Shown piece after piece: positions 1-9,653 of a DNA stretch of 64,000 bases. Numbering within the stretch: position 1 is the first letter of the stretch; each line of letters opens with the position of its first letter. This DNA comes from an uncultured Gammaproteobacteria bacterium (GTDB taxonomy: Bacteria; Patescibacteriota; Microgenomatia; JALYQM01), in contig CAZHTP010000003.1 of assembly GCA_964535655.1 (NCBI GenBank), positions 1,186-65,185 of the forward strand, given 5' to 3'. A program made the translations under genes and the position numbers. The notes under the pieces were generated by a model that saw only the letters and a list, made by a program, of their open reading frames with translations, was not told the origin of the DNA and searched no databases.

Positions 1-64
1 TGTTTTATTTTTATTCACTTACATAGCACCCTTTTCGTTTTTGCCAACTCTTACGCTCCTCTAC

Positions 65-1504
65 TTATTTCGAAGGCTGTTTTATAATCGCATAAAGAAT
101 CACACTGCCGCTTTGTAATTTTTTCTTTATATACGAATTTTTTTCAAGATTTTTAAGCCCTTCATTAAATTCATTATGGTTAGCTAAAAGATGGCGAATA
201 TCCCATTCCGCTGAGGTATCTACAATCAAAAATTGAGGATTTCCTGACCATCTAAACCAGTTGCAGGTGTCGGTATTGCAGAGACTATGACCTTGAGAAT
301 TCCGCGTACTAGGCCACAAGGTAAAAATCTTATCTCGATGGTCGGTATGGGGGAGAATGTTATTCTGAGCGACTACAGAGGCATTGCGCGGTATTTTTCC
401 AAGAACAAATTGTAAACTAGCACTAGATTTAGGTTGCGTCCAAAACCATTTTTTTGTTAAATACGTTAACGGTACGTGCAGAGAATATTGTAGAACAGTA
501 ATCACCACTAATACATATATGGTCATATACCGAGAATTTAGCTTCTGATATTTTTTAATTGCTTCAATAAAAGGCCATCCCATTAAAAATGCCAAAGTAA
601 CGCGGTAATGCATAAATAGTCCCTGAGCAGAAACGATATTCTTCCCAATTACAAAAAAACGAAAGATATCTCCAATGGCTGGTAGAAGGTAGATCGGAGC
701 GAATATAGGTATAAAACCGTACCACCCTAAGCTATAAAAATATACCTCTAGCTTGTCTTTATTATCGTAGAGTTGATTAGGTTGAAGATCGTAGAACAAC
801 CCTTTAGGATTGGCATAACGGTAGCCATCGTGCGTGAAATATGGGAAGTAAATTGCAAAGATGCCAATTAAATACATTATGGATACGAACAGAAAATATA
901 AAGCTGCTTTTTTTTGTGTCACTAGATAGAAGACTAGGCTCATTATAGCTGTTAGAAGCGCAACATCTTCGCGCGATAGTATTCCCAGGATAAGGGAGAC
1001 TAACGCCAGATGATAATTTTCTATTTCTAGAAACCAGAGGAACCAGGGAAGGAAGGAAGCTCCTAATACTAAGCTATGGACATCAAACCACAAGGCATTT
1101 TGGATGCCATAAAAGCTTAAGTATGCTACCACTATTGCCAAAGCAAGATCAGTACGGATTCCTTTCTTTTTAGCGAGGAAGTATACCGGTAGACCTGAGA
1201 TGCAACTAAGAAATGCCTGGCTTACGAGTAAGGTAGTTGCGGCTGGAAAAAGCCAATACAGTGGAGAAATAATGGCATAAATTATCTCGACATGATCTGT
1301 TAGTAAAGAAGTAAATGGATAAAATTGAATTGTCGTTATTGGGGCTTTAAAACGACTATATTTCCATACAATCTGATCGGCGATTCCTAAATCAAAACCA
1401 TATGATCCAAAGTGAAAATGTCTTACTACTGACAAGGTGCTGTAGCAAACAAAAAAGAGCAAACAAATTAAATAAGGAATAGCGGAGCTTACTCTCGGGG
1501 ACAT
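65..1504 (-). CDS. DUF2079-family multi-pass membrane protein (putative GT-C-type glycosyltransferase)
   Basis: 479-aa ORF, many TM segments, FDLGIADQ, LLTDH and FDVH motifs; paralogue at 60399-61808. Confidence 0.75.
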   Translation of the reverse strand: MSPRVSSAIPYLICLLFFVCYSTLSVVRHFHFGSYGFDLGIADQIVWKYSRFKAPITTIQFYPFTSLLTDHVEIIYAIISPLYWLFPAATTLLVSQAFLSCISGLPVYFLAKKKGIRTDLALAIVVAYLSFYGIQNALWFDVHSLVLGASFLPWFLWFLEIENYHLALVSLILGILSREDVALLTAIMSLVFYLVTQKKAALYFLFVSIMYLIGIFAIYFPYFTHDGYRYANPKGLFYDLQPNQLYDNKDKLEVYFYSLGWYGFIPIFAPIYLLPAIGDIFRFFVIGKNIVSAQGLFMHYRVTLAFLMGWPFIEAIKKYQKLNSRYMTIYVLVVITVLQYSLHVPLTYLTKKWFWTQPKSSASLQFVLGKIPRNASVVAQNNILPHTDHRDKIFTLWPSTRNSQGHSLCNTDTCNWFRWSGNPQFLIVDTSAEWDIRHLLANHNEFNEGLKNLEKNSYIKKKLQSGSVILYAIIKQPSK

Positions 1505-1516
1505 AATTATTACAAT

Positions 1517-1939
1517 CTACTGTTTCCTAGATTGTAGCATATGCACCCAAGATAGCGAAAAAAGTATTGTCGAGACGATTGCTGACACAACACACCAATT
1601 ACATATCGCTTTAATTACAAATACTTCAAGTGAGGTGAAATATACGGAAAAAATGAATCCGATGGTGGCTATCGCAAAAAGCACGGTTTGGTACCGTTTC
1701 TCTTTTTTGACTAAGCAAAAGAGAGCGGTTCCAATAACGGATAGATAAAAAAGAACTCCGTAAAAAGGTACCGGAAGAGTGAAGAGGTGAGAATATTTAC
1801 TGTAACGAACCACTTCACAACCATTACTCCCACAAGGAAGCGGTATACCGAATGCGTAGGTATACCATAAATATCCAGAAACTCCCAATCCTACCAGACC
1901 AAAAAATAACGAAAGTTTAAAAGTTAATGATGCAGTCAT
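1517..1939 (-). CDS. Vitamin K epoxide reductase (VKOR) family protein
   Basis: CGSNGCEVVRYSKYS loop, C-terminal ICNWC CxxC, 4 TM segments. Confidence 0.9.
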   Translation of the reverse strand: MTASLTFKLSLFFGLVGLGVSGYLWYTYAFGIPLPCGSNGCEVVRYSKYSHLFTLPVPFYGVLFYLSVIGTALFCLVKKEKRYQTVLFAIATIGFIFSVYFTSLEVFVIKAICNWCVVSAIVSTILFSLSWVHMLQSRKQ

Positions 1940-1947
1940 TTGTGTCC

Positions 1948-3069
1948 TTATGCCTTGCCAATGGCCTGACTAATGTGATTAAACCCATCTTTTTTTAATA
2001 GTATAACTAAATCCTGATTAATTTCTGAAATTAGCTGGGGTCCTTTATAGATCATGCCTGTGATGAGCTGCACTATCGATGCTCCCAGCTTTATTTTAGT
2101 ATACGCATCTTCAGCGCTGAAAATTCCTCCGGTTCCAATAATGATAAATCTATCTTTATATAACCTATATGTCAAACTGATTAATTCATTTGATCTTTTT
2201 TGAGTTGGTTTCCCACTAAAATTTCCTTTGGGGAATCGTGCGAGCTCAAGCTGATTAAGTGATTCATCGTGTCGATTTTTTTGTAAGTTTCCAAAAATTA
2301 CACCTTGAACTTTGTGTTTTTGAATAGTGTCTAATAAAGACACTGTGACTTCATTTGTGCATTCAATTGGCATTTTTATATACAGCGGCCTTTTTAAACC
2401 AAGGTTATCAATTGCCTTTAAAAGATTTCCAAGTTCTACTGAATCATAAAATGATATAGAGGTAAGTAAATTAGGGCAACTAATATTTAATTCGTAATAA
2501 GAATGATGCATGTTTATATCTTCGCAGATGATAAATGAAGAAATGATATCTGCAACGCAGTCGCGATGCGTAGTTAAAGACTTTGAATTTGTTCTTCCAA
2601 TACTTATTCCAATAGGAATTTCAAACTTTTGACCTGTTAGTTTTTGTGTAATTTGCTCGACTCCCTTATTTTTGAATCCTTTATTTACCATTAGAGATTG
2701 TGACAAAGGGAGGCGACCGAGGATTGGACCTGGGTTGCCGTTATATTTCTCCCGTGTAATTGTCCCAACTGTGTGAAAGCCAAAGCCGATGCTTGGAGTT
2801 ATTCTTGTTAAGCGGGCATCGTAGTCGAATCCCGCGGAAAGGCCCACTGGCCCAGAAAAATTAATGTTATTAATGGTTTGGTCGAGTTCTTTGTAGTGCT
2901 TTGAATAGATTGCTGCTGTAGCTTTTCTGGCTAAGGGAATATTCCCTAAGAATTCTCCTGCCCCTGTCATTCGTTCATGAACAATTTCTGGATCGATGGT
3001 AAAGAGTACAGGTTTAAGAATATTTTGATATGTTATTCTCGTAATTTTGCGGGTGGCAGAATTAAACAT
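1948..3069 (-). CDS. pyrD: Quinone-dependent dihydroorotate dehydrogenase
   Basis: GLSAGFD, ELNISCPN, GNFSGKP, GTGGIFS, VQLITG motifs; start set at ATG 3069 overlapping the kbl stop. Confidence 0.9.
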   Translation of the reverse strand: MFNSATRKITRITYQNILKPVLFTIDPEIVHERMTGAGEFLGNIPLARKATAAIYSKHYKELDQTINNINFSGPVGLSAGFDYDARLTRITPSIGFGFHTVGTITREKYNGNPGPILGRLPLSQSLMVNKGFKNKGVEQITQKLTGQKFEIPIGISIGRTNSKSLTTHRDCVADIISSFIICEDINMHHSYYELNISCPNLLTSISFYDSVELGNLLKAIDNLGLKRPLYIKMPIECTNEVTVSLLDTIQKHKVQGVIFGNLQKNRHDESLNQLELARFPKGNFSGKPTQKRSNELISLTYRLYKDRFIIIGTGGIFSAEDAYTKIKLGASIVQLITGMIYKGPQLISEINQDLVILLKKDGFNHISQAIGKA

Positions 3070-4213
3070 AACTTTTTCCAATTTTTTTGATAACTGAGGT
3101 TGCGATGCTCATATCCTCAGTTGAATGTAGAGCGGAAGGCATTAGCCTTAGGCGAGCTTTTCCTTTTGCAACCATTGGGAATACTATTGCAGAAGTGAGT
3201 ATTCCTGCCGTGAATAATTCCTCAGAAAAAGCTTTTGCTTTGTCTTCGTTACCTACCATCAGAGGTGTAATTGGTGTAACTGAATTTCCTATATTGAATC
3301 CTGCCTTAATAAGGCCATCTTTAAGCAATTTAGTATTTTTCCATAATGCTTGAACCCTGTCGTCTGATTCTGAGATAATACGAAGGCTTTCAATTAATGC
3401 GGCTGTATCTGGAATAGATAGTGCATTGGTAAACATATATTGCCTTGCTGAAGAACGAAAATTATCAATAATAGCTGTATCTCCAGCAATGAATCCCCCC
3501 ATTACGCCAAAAGCTTTTGAAAGTGTCCCCACTTCGATATCTACCAATCCATGCATACCGTAGTAATCAACGATTCCTCTTCCATGATCTCCTATTACTC
3601 CTTCGCCGTGAGCATCATCTACGATAAGAATGGCACCAAGTTGCTTAGCTATTATAGCTAGATCGGGTACTCGGGCTAAGTCTCCATCCATGGAGAAAAC
3701 ACCGTCAGTAATGATGACAATAGTGCGATCTTTTCCATCTAATTTTTTATCTCTTTTTAATTCGAAAATTGCAGGAAGAATTGTACGCAAGTGATCAAGA
3801 TCATTATGGTTGTATATAAATCGATGTTGTACTTGTGAAAGTTTTATAGCATCAATGATCGAGGCGTGGTTAAAGGCGTCCGATATAATAATATCTTCTT
3901 TACCAAGTAAGGTTTGCATTACCGCCAAATTGGTAATATAGCCGCCAGTAAGCACTAAGGCGTCTTCTGTTTTTTTAAAATTAGCTAACTCTTTTTCAAG
4001 TGCGATGTGAAGCTGGTGAGTCCCAACGAGAGACCTAACCGATGTAGTGCCTACACCATACTCCTTAATTGCTGCGATAGTTGCTTCTTTTACCCGCGCA
4101 TCTGAGGCTAGGCCTAAATAGTTGTTTGAACATAAATTGAGATATTCTTTGCCATTAATAGTAACGTAGGCGCCTTGTTCAGACTCCAATATTTTTTTAC
4201 TTTGTTTTTCCAT
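3062..4213 (-). CDS. kbl: Glycine C-acetyltransferase (2-amino-3-ketobutyrate CoA ligase), PLP class II
   Basis: NLCSNNYLGL, NHASIIDA, DGVFSMDGD, DDAHGEG, GTLSKAFG motifs; adjacent to tdh. Confidence 0.85.
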   Translation of the reverse strand: MEKQSKKILESEQGAYVTINGKEYLNLCSNNYLGLASDARVKEATIAAIKEYGVGTTSVRSLVGTHQLHIALEKELANFKKTEDALVLTGGYITNLAVMQTLLGKEDIIISDAFNHASIIDAIKLSQVQHRFIYNHNDLDHLRTILPAIFELKRDKKLDGKDRTIVIITDGVFSMDGDLARVPDLAIIAKQLGAILIVDDAHGEGVIGDHGRGIVDYYGMHGLVDIEVGTLSKAFGVMGGFIAGDTAIIDNFRSSARQYMFTNALSIPDTAALIESLRIISESDDRVQALWKNTKLLKDGLIKAGFNIGNSVTPITPLMVGNEDKAKAFSEELFTAGILTSAIVFPMVAKGKARLRLMPSALHSTEDMSIATSVIKKIGKSYV

Positions 4214-4217
4214 ATAG

Positions 4218-5237
4218 TTATCCTTGCGGATAAAGAATAATCTTTCCACATTGCCCTTTTTTCATTTGGGCTACTGCTTTTTCAATTTCGTCAAGCTGAT
4301 ATTTGTGGGTTATAAGAGGCTTGAGATTTACTTTTGGATTTTTTAAGATATTTTGTACTTCATACCAAGTATCCCATATTTTCCGCCCAAAAACTGACTT
4401 TATTGTTACTTCTTTGTTAATTAAAGCTTCACCCCAACTAAGGGTTACCGCTTGTTTAGGTATTCCAAAAGCTATATAAACTCCCGCCTGCCTAATATGA
4501 TTAAAACCTGCAACAATAAGTTCCGGATCCCCACTCATTTCTAAGACAACATCAAAATTGCGTGCAAGGGTTGATTCCATTTTTTCATAAACATAGTGGA
4601 TCCCCAGTTTATGTCCTAATTCCCGGCGATATGGCGATTTTTCAATTGCGACTATTTCCTGTGCGCCATATAGTTTAGCAAGAATTCCAGCGCATAAGCC
4701 AACTGGACCCAACCCCAAGAGGAGTACTCTTTTACCTTGTACTTTTGCTTGCTCTAGAACATGAACAGCATTACCAAGTGGCTCCTGAATGCTCATAATT
4801 TCAATAGGGAGAGTGGGGTCGTTTTTCCAGGCGGTTTTAAGTGGAATTGTTGTATATTCAGCGAAACCACCGTTGCGACTGATGCCGAATAGCTCTAGAT
4901 TCTCGCAAATGTGTTTATTACCGGCCATACACTGGCTACAATGATCGCAGTAAATATGTGTTTCAGAAGAAACCATGTCTCCTATTTTGAGCACTGTTTT
5001 TGCACTGCTATTGATAGCTACAATTTCTCCGACCACTTCATGTCCAATTACTTTAGGAGGAATTACGTGAGACTTAGCCCAATCCCCCCAATCGTAAATA
5101 CCGATATCTGTACCACAAATTGATGAACACTTAACTTTTACTAGCGCCTCTTCTTTCTGAGGCTCGGGAATCTCTATTTTCTTTACTTGAATTCCGGGTT
5201 TTGGTTCTGATTTGAGTACTGCCGTCATTAAAGCCAT
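4218..5237 (-). CDS. tdh: L-threonine 3-dehydrogenase (Zn-dependent MDR)
   Basis: ICGTD, IGHEVVG, SSETHIYC, QEPLGNAVH, FGRKIWDTW motifs; operon with kbl. Confidence 0.88.
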   Translation of the reverse strand: MALMTAVLKSEPKPGIQVKKIEIPEPQKEEALVKVKCSSICGTDIGIYDWGDWAKSHVIPPKVIGHEVVGEIVAINSSAKTVLKIGDMVSSETHIYCDHCSQCMAGNKHICENLELFGISRNGGFAEYTTIPLKTAWKNDPTLPIEIMSIQEPLGNAVHVLEQAKVQGKRVLLLGLGPVGLCAGILAKLYGAQEIVAIEKSPYRRELGHKLGIHYVYEKMESTLARNFDVVLEMSGDPELIVAGFNHIRQAGVYIAFGIPKQAVTLSWGEALINKEVTIKSVFGRKIWDTWYEVQNILKNPKVNLKPLITHKYQLDEIEKAVAQMKKGQCGKIILYPQG

Positions 5238-5270
5238 AAAAGGATTTTATTCTTCACGCGAGATGCTTAC

Positions 5271-5286
5271 AGTGATATAAGTCACT
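5271..5286. promoter_or_regulatory. CRP/FNR-type box upstream of tdh-kbl-pyrD
   Basis: AGTGA-TATAAG-TCACT; minus-strand TAAAAT at 5249-5244 gives class II geometry. Confidence 0.6.
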
Positions 5287-5944
5287 CTAATTTTTTATCA
5301 GAAAGGCTCTGTTTTAATGCTTCCATACTGGAAATTACGTAGTGCCGATCTCGCATATGTATAAGCCCCTCCTGGGTCATTTTTTCTAATTGTCTACTCG
5401 CGGTTTCGCGACGAACGCTCACCCAAGACGCAATATCCTGATGCGTCAGTTCGAGAGTGATAAAAATACCATCAGAAGAAGGGGTGCCAAACTTTTCACC
5501 AACATAGAGGAATAACGAGAGCACTTTAGAGAAGGCCTCCTGGAATGCTAACCCTTCAATTCTTGTTAATAATCCCGTAATGGCTTTTGAGAAGCGAATT
5601 GAAAGATCTATAAGAATTTCAGGATCGCTTCTAACGAAACTGGTCACTTTATCATACGGAGCAATAGCAACTACCGTATCTGAAACAGCCTCGTAATAAT
5701 AGGTGTTTTTTGTTTCACTCAAAAAAAGCATCAGTGGAAAAAATGAATTGTCTCGGAAAATATGCAGTATGATTTCTTCTCCATCCTCTGATACGGCATA
5801 CATCTTAACTGAACCTGATACTAAGTAATAAACGTTTCCCGGGTCTTTTTGAGGTGATATGAGTGTGCTTCCTTGAGAGAATGCTGCTTTCTTGTACGGT
5901 AGAAAGAAATCCTGAACTTTCTTTATTACAGAGCTATTTTCCAT
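5282..5944 (-). CDS. Crp/Fnr family transcriptional regulator
   Basis: cNMP-binding fold (YYLVSGSVKMY) and HTH LTHQDIASWVSVRRETASR. Confidence 0.92.
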   Translation of the reverse strand: MENSSVIKKVQDFFLPYKKAAFSQGSTLISPQKDPGNVYYLVSGSVKMYAVSEDGEEIILHIFRDNSFFPLMLFLSETKNTYYYEAVSDTVVAIAPYDKVTSFVRSDPEILIDLSIRFSKAITGLLTRIEGLAFQEAFSKVLSLFLYVGEKFGTPSSDGIFITLELTHQDIASWVSVRRETASRQLEKMTQEGLIHMRDRHYVISSMEALKQSLSDKKLE

Positions 5945-5952
5945 ATATTTAA

Positions 5953-5968
5953 TGTGACCATAGTCACT
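5953..5968. promoter_or_regulatory. CRP/FNR-type box between the regulator and the Acg gene
   Basis: TGTGA-CCATAG-TCACT; TACAAT at 5990-5995. Confidence 0.65.
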
Positions 5969-6033
5969 GCTATTTATAGTTATATTAATTACAATATAAT
6001 TGATTATATCAGTGAATTGGATGAGGAGGGTAT

Positions 6034-7032
6034 ATGCAAAGCACCACGATCAGGCAAAGAGTTGATGTTGAGTCTTATGACAAATTAAAAACACTGGAGG
6101 AAAAGGTCTCTTTTTTATCGCAATTTGCTGAACTTTCGCCCTCTCGGCTAAACACACGGCCCTGGAAATTAGCCGTTACCCATGATCAGATCCAGATTTT
6201 TGCTGATTTTTCTAAACGACTAGATGCTGCCGACCCATATAATCGTGAATTGTATATAAGTTTGGGATGCGTGCTTGCCAACTTAGAAATAGCAGCGGAA
6301 CATTATAGGCTGCATTATGTTACCAGTCTTTTCACTGGAGAGCCCGCACATAACTTGTTTGGAGTTATAACCTTTGACCTAGAACAACCAGCACAATCAA
6401 TTTATCCAAGTTCACTATTCTCGAGTTTACTCAAGCGCCATGTGGATAGAACTAAATTTGTTCAGTTACCTATCGAAAAGAAAGATATTGATGCGCTTTA
6501 TACTTCTATCTGCTGGATTGAAGGGGTTTATCTATATCTAACTAATAATCGCATGATAATTGAGTACCTAGCGAAGTTAACTGAAGAATCTGAGAAAGAG
6601 CAATTTAATAGCAAATCATTCCGTACAGAATTTATTCGTTGGATAAATCGAAACGTTAGCCACGAGGGAATTGAATTAACTGAACTCCAGCTGTCGCCTA
6701 TAAGTTCTTTTATCTTTTCTGTCTACCGTGATTATAATATTGGTCTTGATAAGGCCACTCATGATAAAGATCTAATTCAAAGCTCACCTTATGTCGCGAT
6801 ATTGCTTTCGCGACACGATGAGCATGTCGACTGGGTTGCGACAGGGGTCGCCTTACAAGTACTCACTTTACAGGCAACCGACTTGGGGATTCATTTCCAC
6901 CCTATTACTTCAGGAATGGAAGTACCCTATTATCGGGACAAAATTAAAGACATAATTGAAGCTACTAAGTCTCCCCAAATGTTAGTCCGACTTGGTTATG
7001 AAAGAAGTACTCCACCATCGACAACCAACTGA
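6034..7032 (+). CDS. Acg-family FMN-binding nitroreductase-like protein
   Basis: LSPSRLNTRPW, ELYISLGCVLANLEIAA, PQMLVRLGY motifs; GAGGAGG RBS. Confidence 0.82.
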   Translation: MQSTTIRQRVDVESYDKLKTLEEKVSFLSQFAELSPSRLNTRPWKLAVTHDQIQIFADFSKRLDAADPYNRELYISLGCVLANLEIAAEHYRLHYVTSLFTGEPAHNLFGVITFDLEQPAQSIYPSSLFSSLLKRHVDRTKFVQLPIEKKDIDALYTSICWIEGVYLYLTNNRMIIEYLAKLTEESEKEQFNSKSFRTEFIRWINRNVSHEGIELTELQLSPISSFIFSVYRDYNIGLDKATHDKDLIQSSPYVAILLSRHDEHVDWVATGVALQVLTLQATDLGIHFHPITSGMEVPYYRDKIKDIIEATKSPQMLVRLGYERSTPPSTTN

Positions 7033-7799
7033 GTTCCGGTAATATAGGAAGCCATCTCTGAGGCTAAAAAGAGTGCAACTTTTCCGATATCATCCGGATC
7101 ACCGAGGCGGTGCATAGGGATCTTTTGTAGAAAGGCTTCCATTACTTTTGTCATGTCTATTGATCCTGCCAGATTGTTACTTTGCTGAGCCTGTACACCA
7201 GGAGTCAGAATACCGCCTGGAGCGATAGCGTTTACCCAAATCTTATGTTGAGCTAGTTCAAGTGCGCTATTTTTAGTAAACCCCCATACACCGTGCTTTG
7301 ATGCATCATAATGGGCAAGTCCAATTGCCGAAGGATGTAGTGCGTCAATGGAAGTAATATTTATTATTCTGCCGCCTTTTCCTTGGCGGATCATTTGATT
7401 TGAAATATATTTTGTTGTTAAGTATACACCTTTTAAGTTTACCGATATAACTTTATCAAAATCTTCTGGTTCCATTTGGGCAATGGGCTTAGAAGGATAG
7501 ATTCCGGCATTATTTACCAAGATATCTACTCCACCAAATAAGCTTGTAACTTTTTCTACTATTTTTTGAACATCACTTGCGAGAGAAACATCCGCAACAA
7601 TTCCTTCAACCGTGTATCCTTTAGATTTAAGTTGTGATACTGAGTTTTCAACTTCATCTAAGATATTGCTTGCTATTAAAACTTTTGCGCCCGCCTCAGC
7701 AAAACGTGACGCTATTGATAATCCGATGCCAACCGCTCCGGTAACTACTGCTGATTTGTCGTTTAGGGATAGTAATGAAGAAACTGGTTGATTAGTCAT
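6996..7799 (-). CDS. Short-chain dehydrogenase/reductase (FabG-like)
   Basis: VVTGAVGIG, ILVNNAGI, YDASK, VNAIAPG motifs. Confidence 0.92.
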   Translation of the reverse strand: MTNQPVSSLLSLNDKSAVVTGAVGIGLSIASRFAEAGAKVLIASNILDEVENSVSQLKSKGYTVEGIVADVSLASDVQKIVEKVTSLFGGVDILVNNAGIYPSKPIAQMEPEDFDKVISVNLKGVYLTTKYISNQMIRQGKGGRIINITSIDALHPSAIGLAHYDASKHGVWGFTKNSALELAQHKIWVNAIAPGGILTPGVQAQQSNNLAGSIDMTKVMEAFLQKIPMHRLGDPDDIGKVALFLASEMASYITGTQLVVDGGVLLS

Positions 7800-7875
7800 G
7801 GGGGTGCTCCGGCCTTATAATAAAATTAATGCTTCTGTAAGCGTAAATACAATAGTCAACACAGCTATTATTTGC

Positions 7876-7891
7876 TGTGATTTTAGTCACA
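7876..7891. promoter_or_regulatory. CRP/FNR-type box upstream of the SDR gene
   Basis: Perfect TGTGA-TTTTAG-TCACA. Confidence 0.72.
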
Positions 7892-7917
7892 ATCTCCTTT
7901 TTTTGTGTGTTTTATTT

Positions 7918-8484
7918 TTATTTCTTATCAGGAACGCCATGAAGCATTGCATCGATTAAGTCGTGTGGAAGAGCTGCAGTATTAAGAAGTGCCTTGCGAA
8001 CAATTCCTCCTGCTTCAGATCCTATTTCGTCAGCAGCATGTAGGGATCCAAGAACCGCACTTTTGGCCATCTCACCAGCATCTCCTCCAATCTCTCCAGC
8101 CGAAGCAATAATACCTTGTACAGATGAAACAGCTGCATTTCCGATGTCTCCACCAACATTATGAATACCCTTTATCACACCTTTGGCTGCGCCCTCAGCG
8201 GTTTTACCCACATCTTTTCCAATATCTCGTGCTCCACCAACAGCCCCTTCAACCAATCCTGTAATTCCTTGTGTTATGGAAACACCGGTATCCGCAACTC
8301 CTTTGATTCCTGACTCAATTACATCGGCCACAGTATCTACTGTTGTTGCAGCAATATCTCCTGTTGCTTTTAATACGCCTTTTACATTGTCTTTGGTAAC
8401 ATCACGAGTTGTTTCTACAACATCGCCTGCTCCAGATACTGCCGAATTAAGCGCGTCACGCAATGATGATGCAATGTCTGTCAT
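7918..8484 (-). CDS. Hypothetical Gly/Ala-rich protein with ~22-aa amphipathic repeats
   Basis: 188-aa ORF with AAGGAG RBS; repeated G..G...IG.D units. Confidence 0.7.
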   Translation of the reverse strand: MTDIASSLRDALNSAVSGAGDVVETTRDVTKDNVKGVLKATGDIAATTVDTVADVIESGIKGVADTGVSITQGITGLVEGAVGGARDIGKDVGKTAEGAAKGVIKGIHNVGGDIGNAAVSSVQGIIASAGEIGGDAGEMAKSAVLGSLHAADEIGSEAGGIVRKALLNTAALPHDLIDAMLHGVPDKK

Positions 8485-8565
8485 ACATTCTCCTTCTTAA
8501 ATTAGAATCTTAATAGTATATTAATAATACCACAAAAAAGGGATCCACTTTTATATTGCAAAACA

Positions 8566-9090
8566 CTATTCTACGGTAATTTTACCAACTTGTCCCTTAG
8601 CACGATGTTGTCCAACTGAACAGTAATATTCAAAGGTTCCTGTTTTATCTGGAGTAAAATCAACTGAATTTGTTTCTCCGGACTTTGTGATGGGAAGTTT
8701 TACGCCCAGCTCGTCGATAATAAAGTCATGCATCATATCAGCAGACTTCATAACTATTTTTACCTTCTGGCCTTTTTTAACCGTCATTGCAGTAGGTTTA
8801 TAGTAGAATGCACCTGCTTCAACGTTTACAGTTATAGTATCAGAACTAACCATAGCCGAAGTGATTGGCGATTCAGTTTCTGCCATCATTTTATCGCTGC
8901 CTTTATCTCTATCGGCATCTGCTACCGCTGGAGTTGCATTACTTGCAGCTTTCGTTGTGTCCTTTTTACCTGATACTAATGCCAAGCCTAAACCTAAGAT
9001 AACAAGAATTGCAATAATAGCTACCATGGGTCCTGCCCCACTTCTTTTCTTTTGCTCAGGTACTGGTTGATTAGGCGATGCTTCTTCCAT
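8566..9090 (-). CDS. Membrane-anchored cupredoxin-domain protein
   Basis: N-terminal TM; HDF and YYCSVGQHRAKGQ copper-site motifs (Gln at the axial position). Confidence 0.85.
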   Translation of the reverse strand: MEEASPNQPVPEQKKRSGAGPMVAIIAILVILGLGLALVSGKKDTTKAASNATPAVADADRDKGSDKMMAETESPITSAMVSSDTITVNVEAGAFYYKPTAMTVKKGQKVKIVMKSADMMHDFIIDELGVKLPITKSGETNSVDFTPDKTGTFEYYCSVGQHRAKGQVGKITVE

Positions 9091-9292
9091 TGAAGTTCCT
9101 TTCAAAAAATCGTATTTAATTTGTTAGTACTGTATAGGTAATTTTCCTGAGAATAACCTGATTATTTTTACTTTGGAATTCCAGCCGCGGCAATATTCTC
9201 TTCTTAAGTGTGGATACTACTGTCGCTTTATATTATATTCTATTGTTCTTTTTAAAGTAAATCATATAGAATAAGTTTAGGAGGAATCTCAT

Positions 9293-9652
9293 ATGTCGAA
9301 ACTGGTGGTGATTGTTATACTGTTAATAATTATTTTACTGGGTGGTTATATTCTAGCGAAACCAATGACAGCGTCTACGCGGCAAGCGATAGCAGATTGT
9401 TACACTAAAAGTAAGATGATTTCTACTGTCGGTGCAGAAACAAGCAATACCTCAATCGAACAGTGTTCTAAATCGCACGACGCAATTCAGGCATTTAACA
9501 CTTGTATGAACCAAGTTAAAAGCGATTATGGAGGTATTAAAACGACAATTTCAATGACAGTGAGCCCATTGAATAAGGAATTTTCTATTGATACAATTCG
9601 AGATAACCACAACAAAACATGTGCTTCGTATCCGGAAATGAAAGTTATTTAA
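9293..9652 (+). CDS. Hypothetical secreted/membrane-anchored protein with 4 Cys
   Basis: AGGAGG RBS, N-terminal hydrophobic segment. Confidence 0.65.
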   Translation: MSKLVVIVILLIIILLGGYILAKPMTASTRQAIADCYTKSKMISTVGAETSNTSIEQCSKSHDAIQAFNTCMNQVKSDYGGIKTTISMTVSPLNKEFSIDTIRDNHNKTCASYPEMKVI

Positions 9653-9653
9653 T

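Noticed and set aside
6996-7032. Convergent 3' gene overlaps (also 10227-10271, 21744-21768, 32929-32975, 50577-50613)
   Set aside because: Frequent across the window and explained by genome compaction
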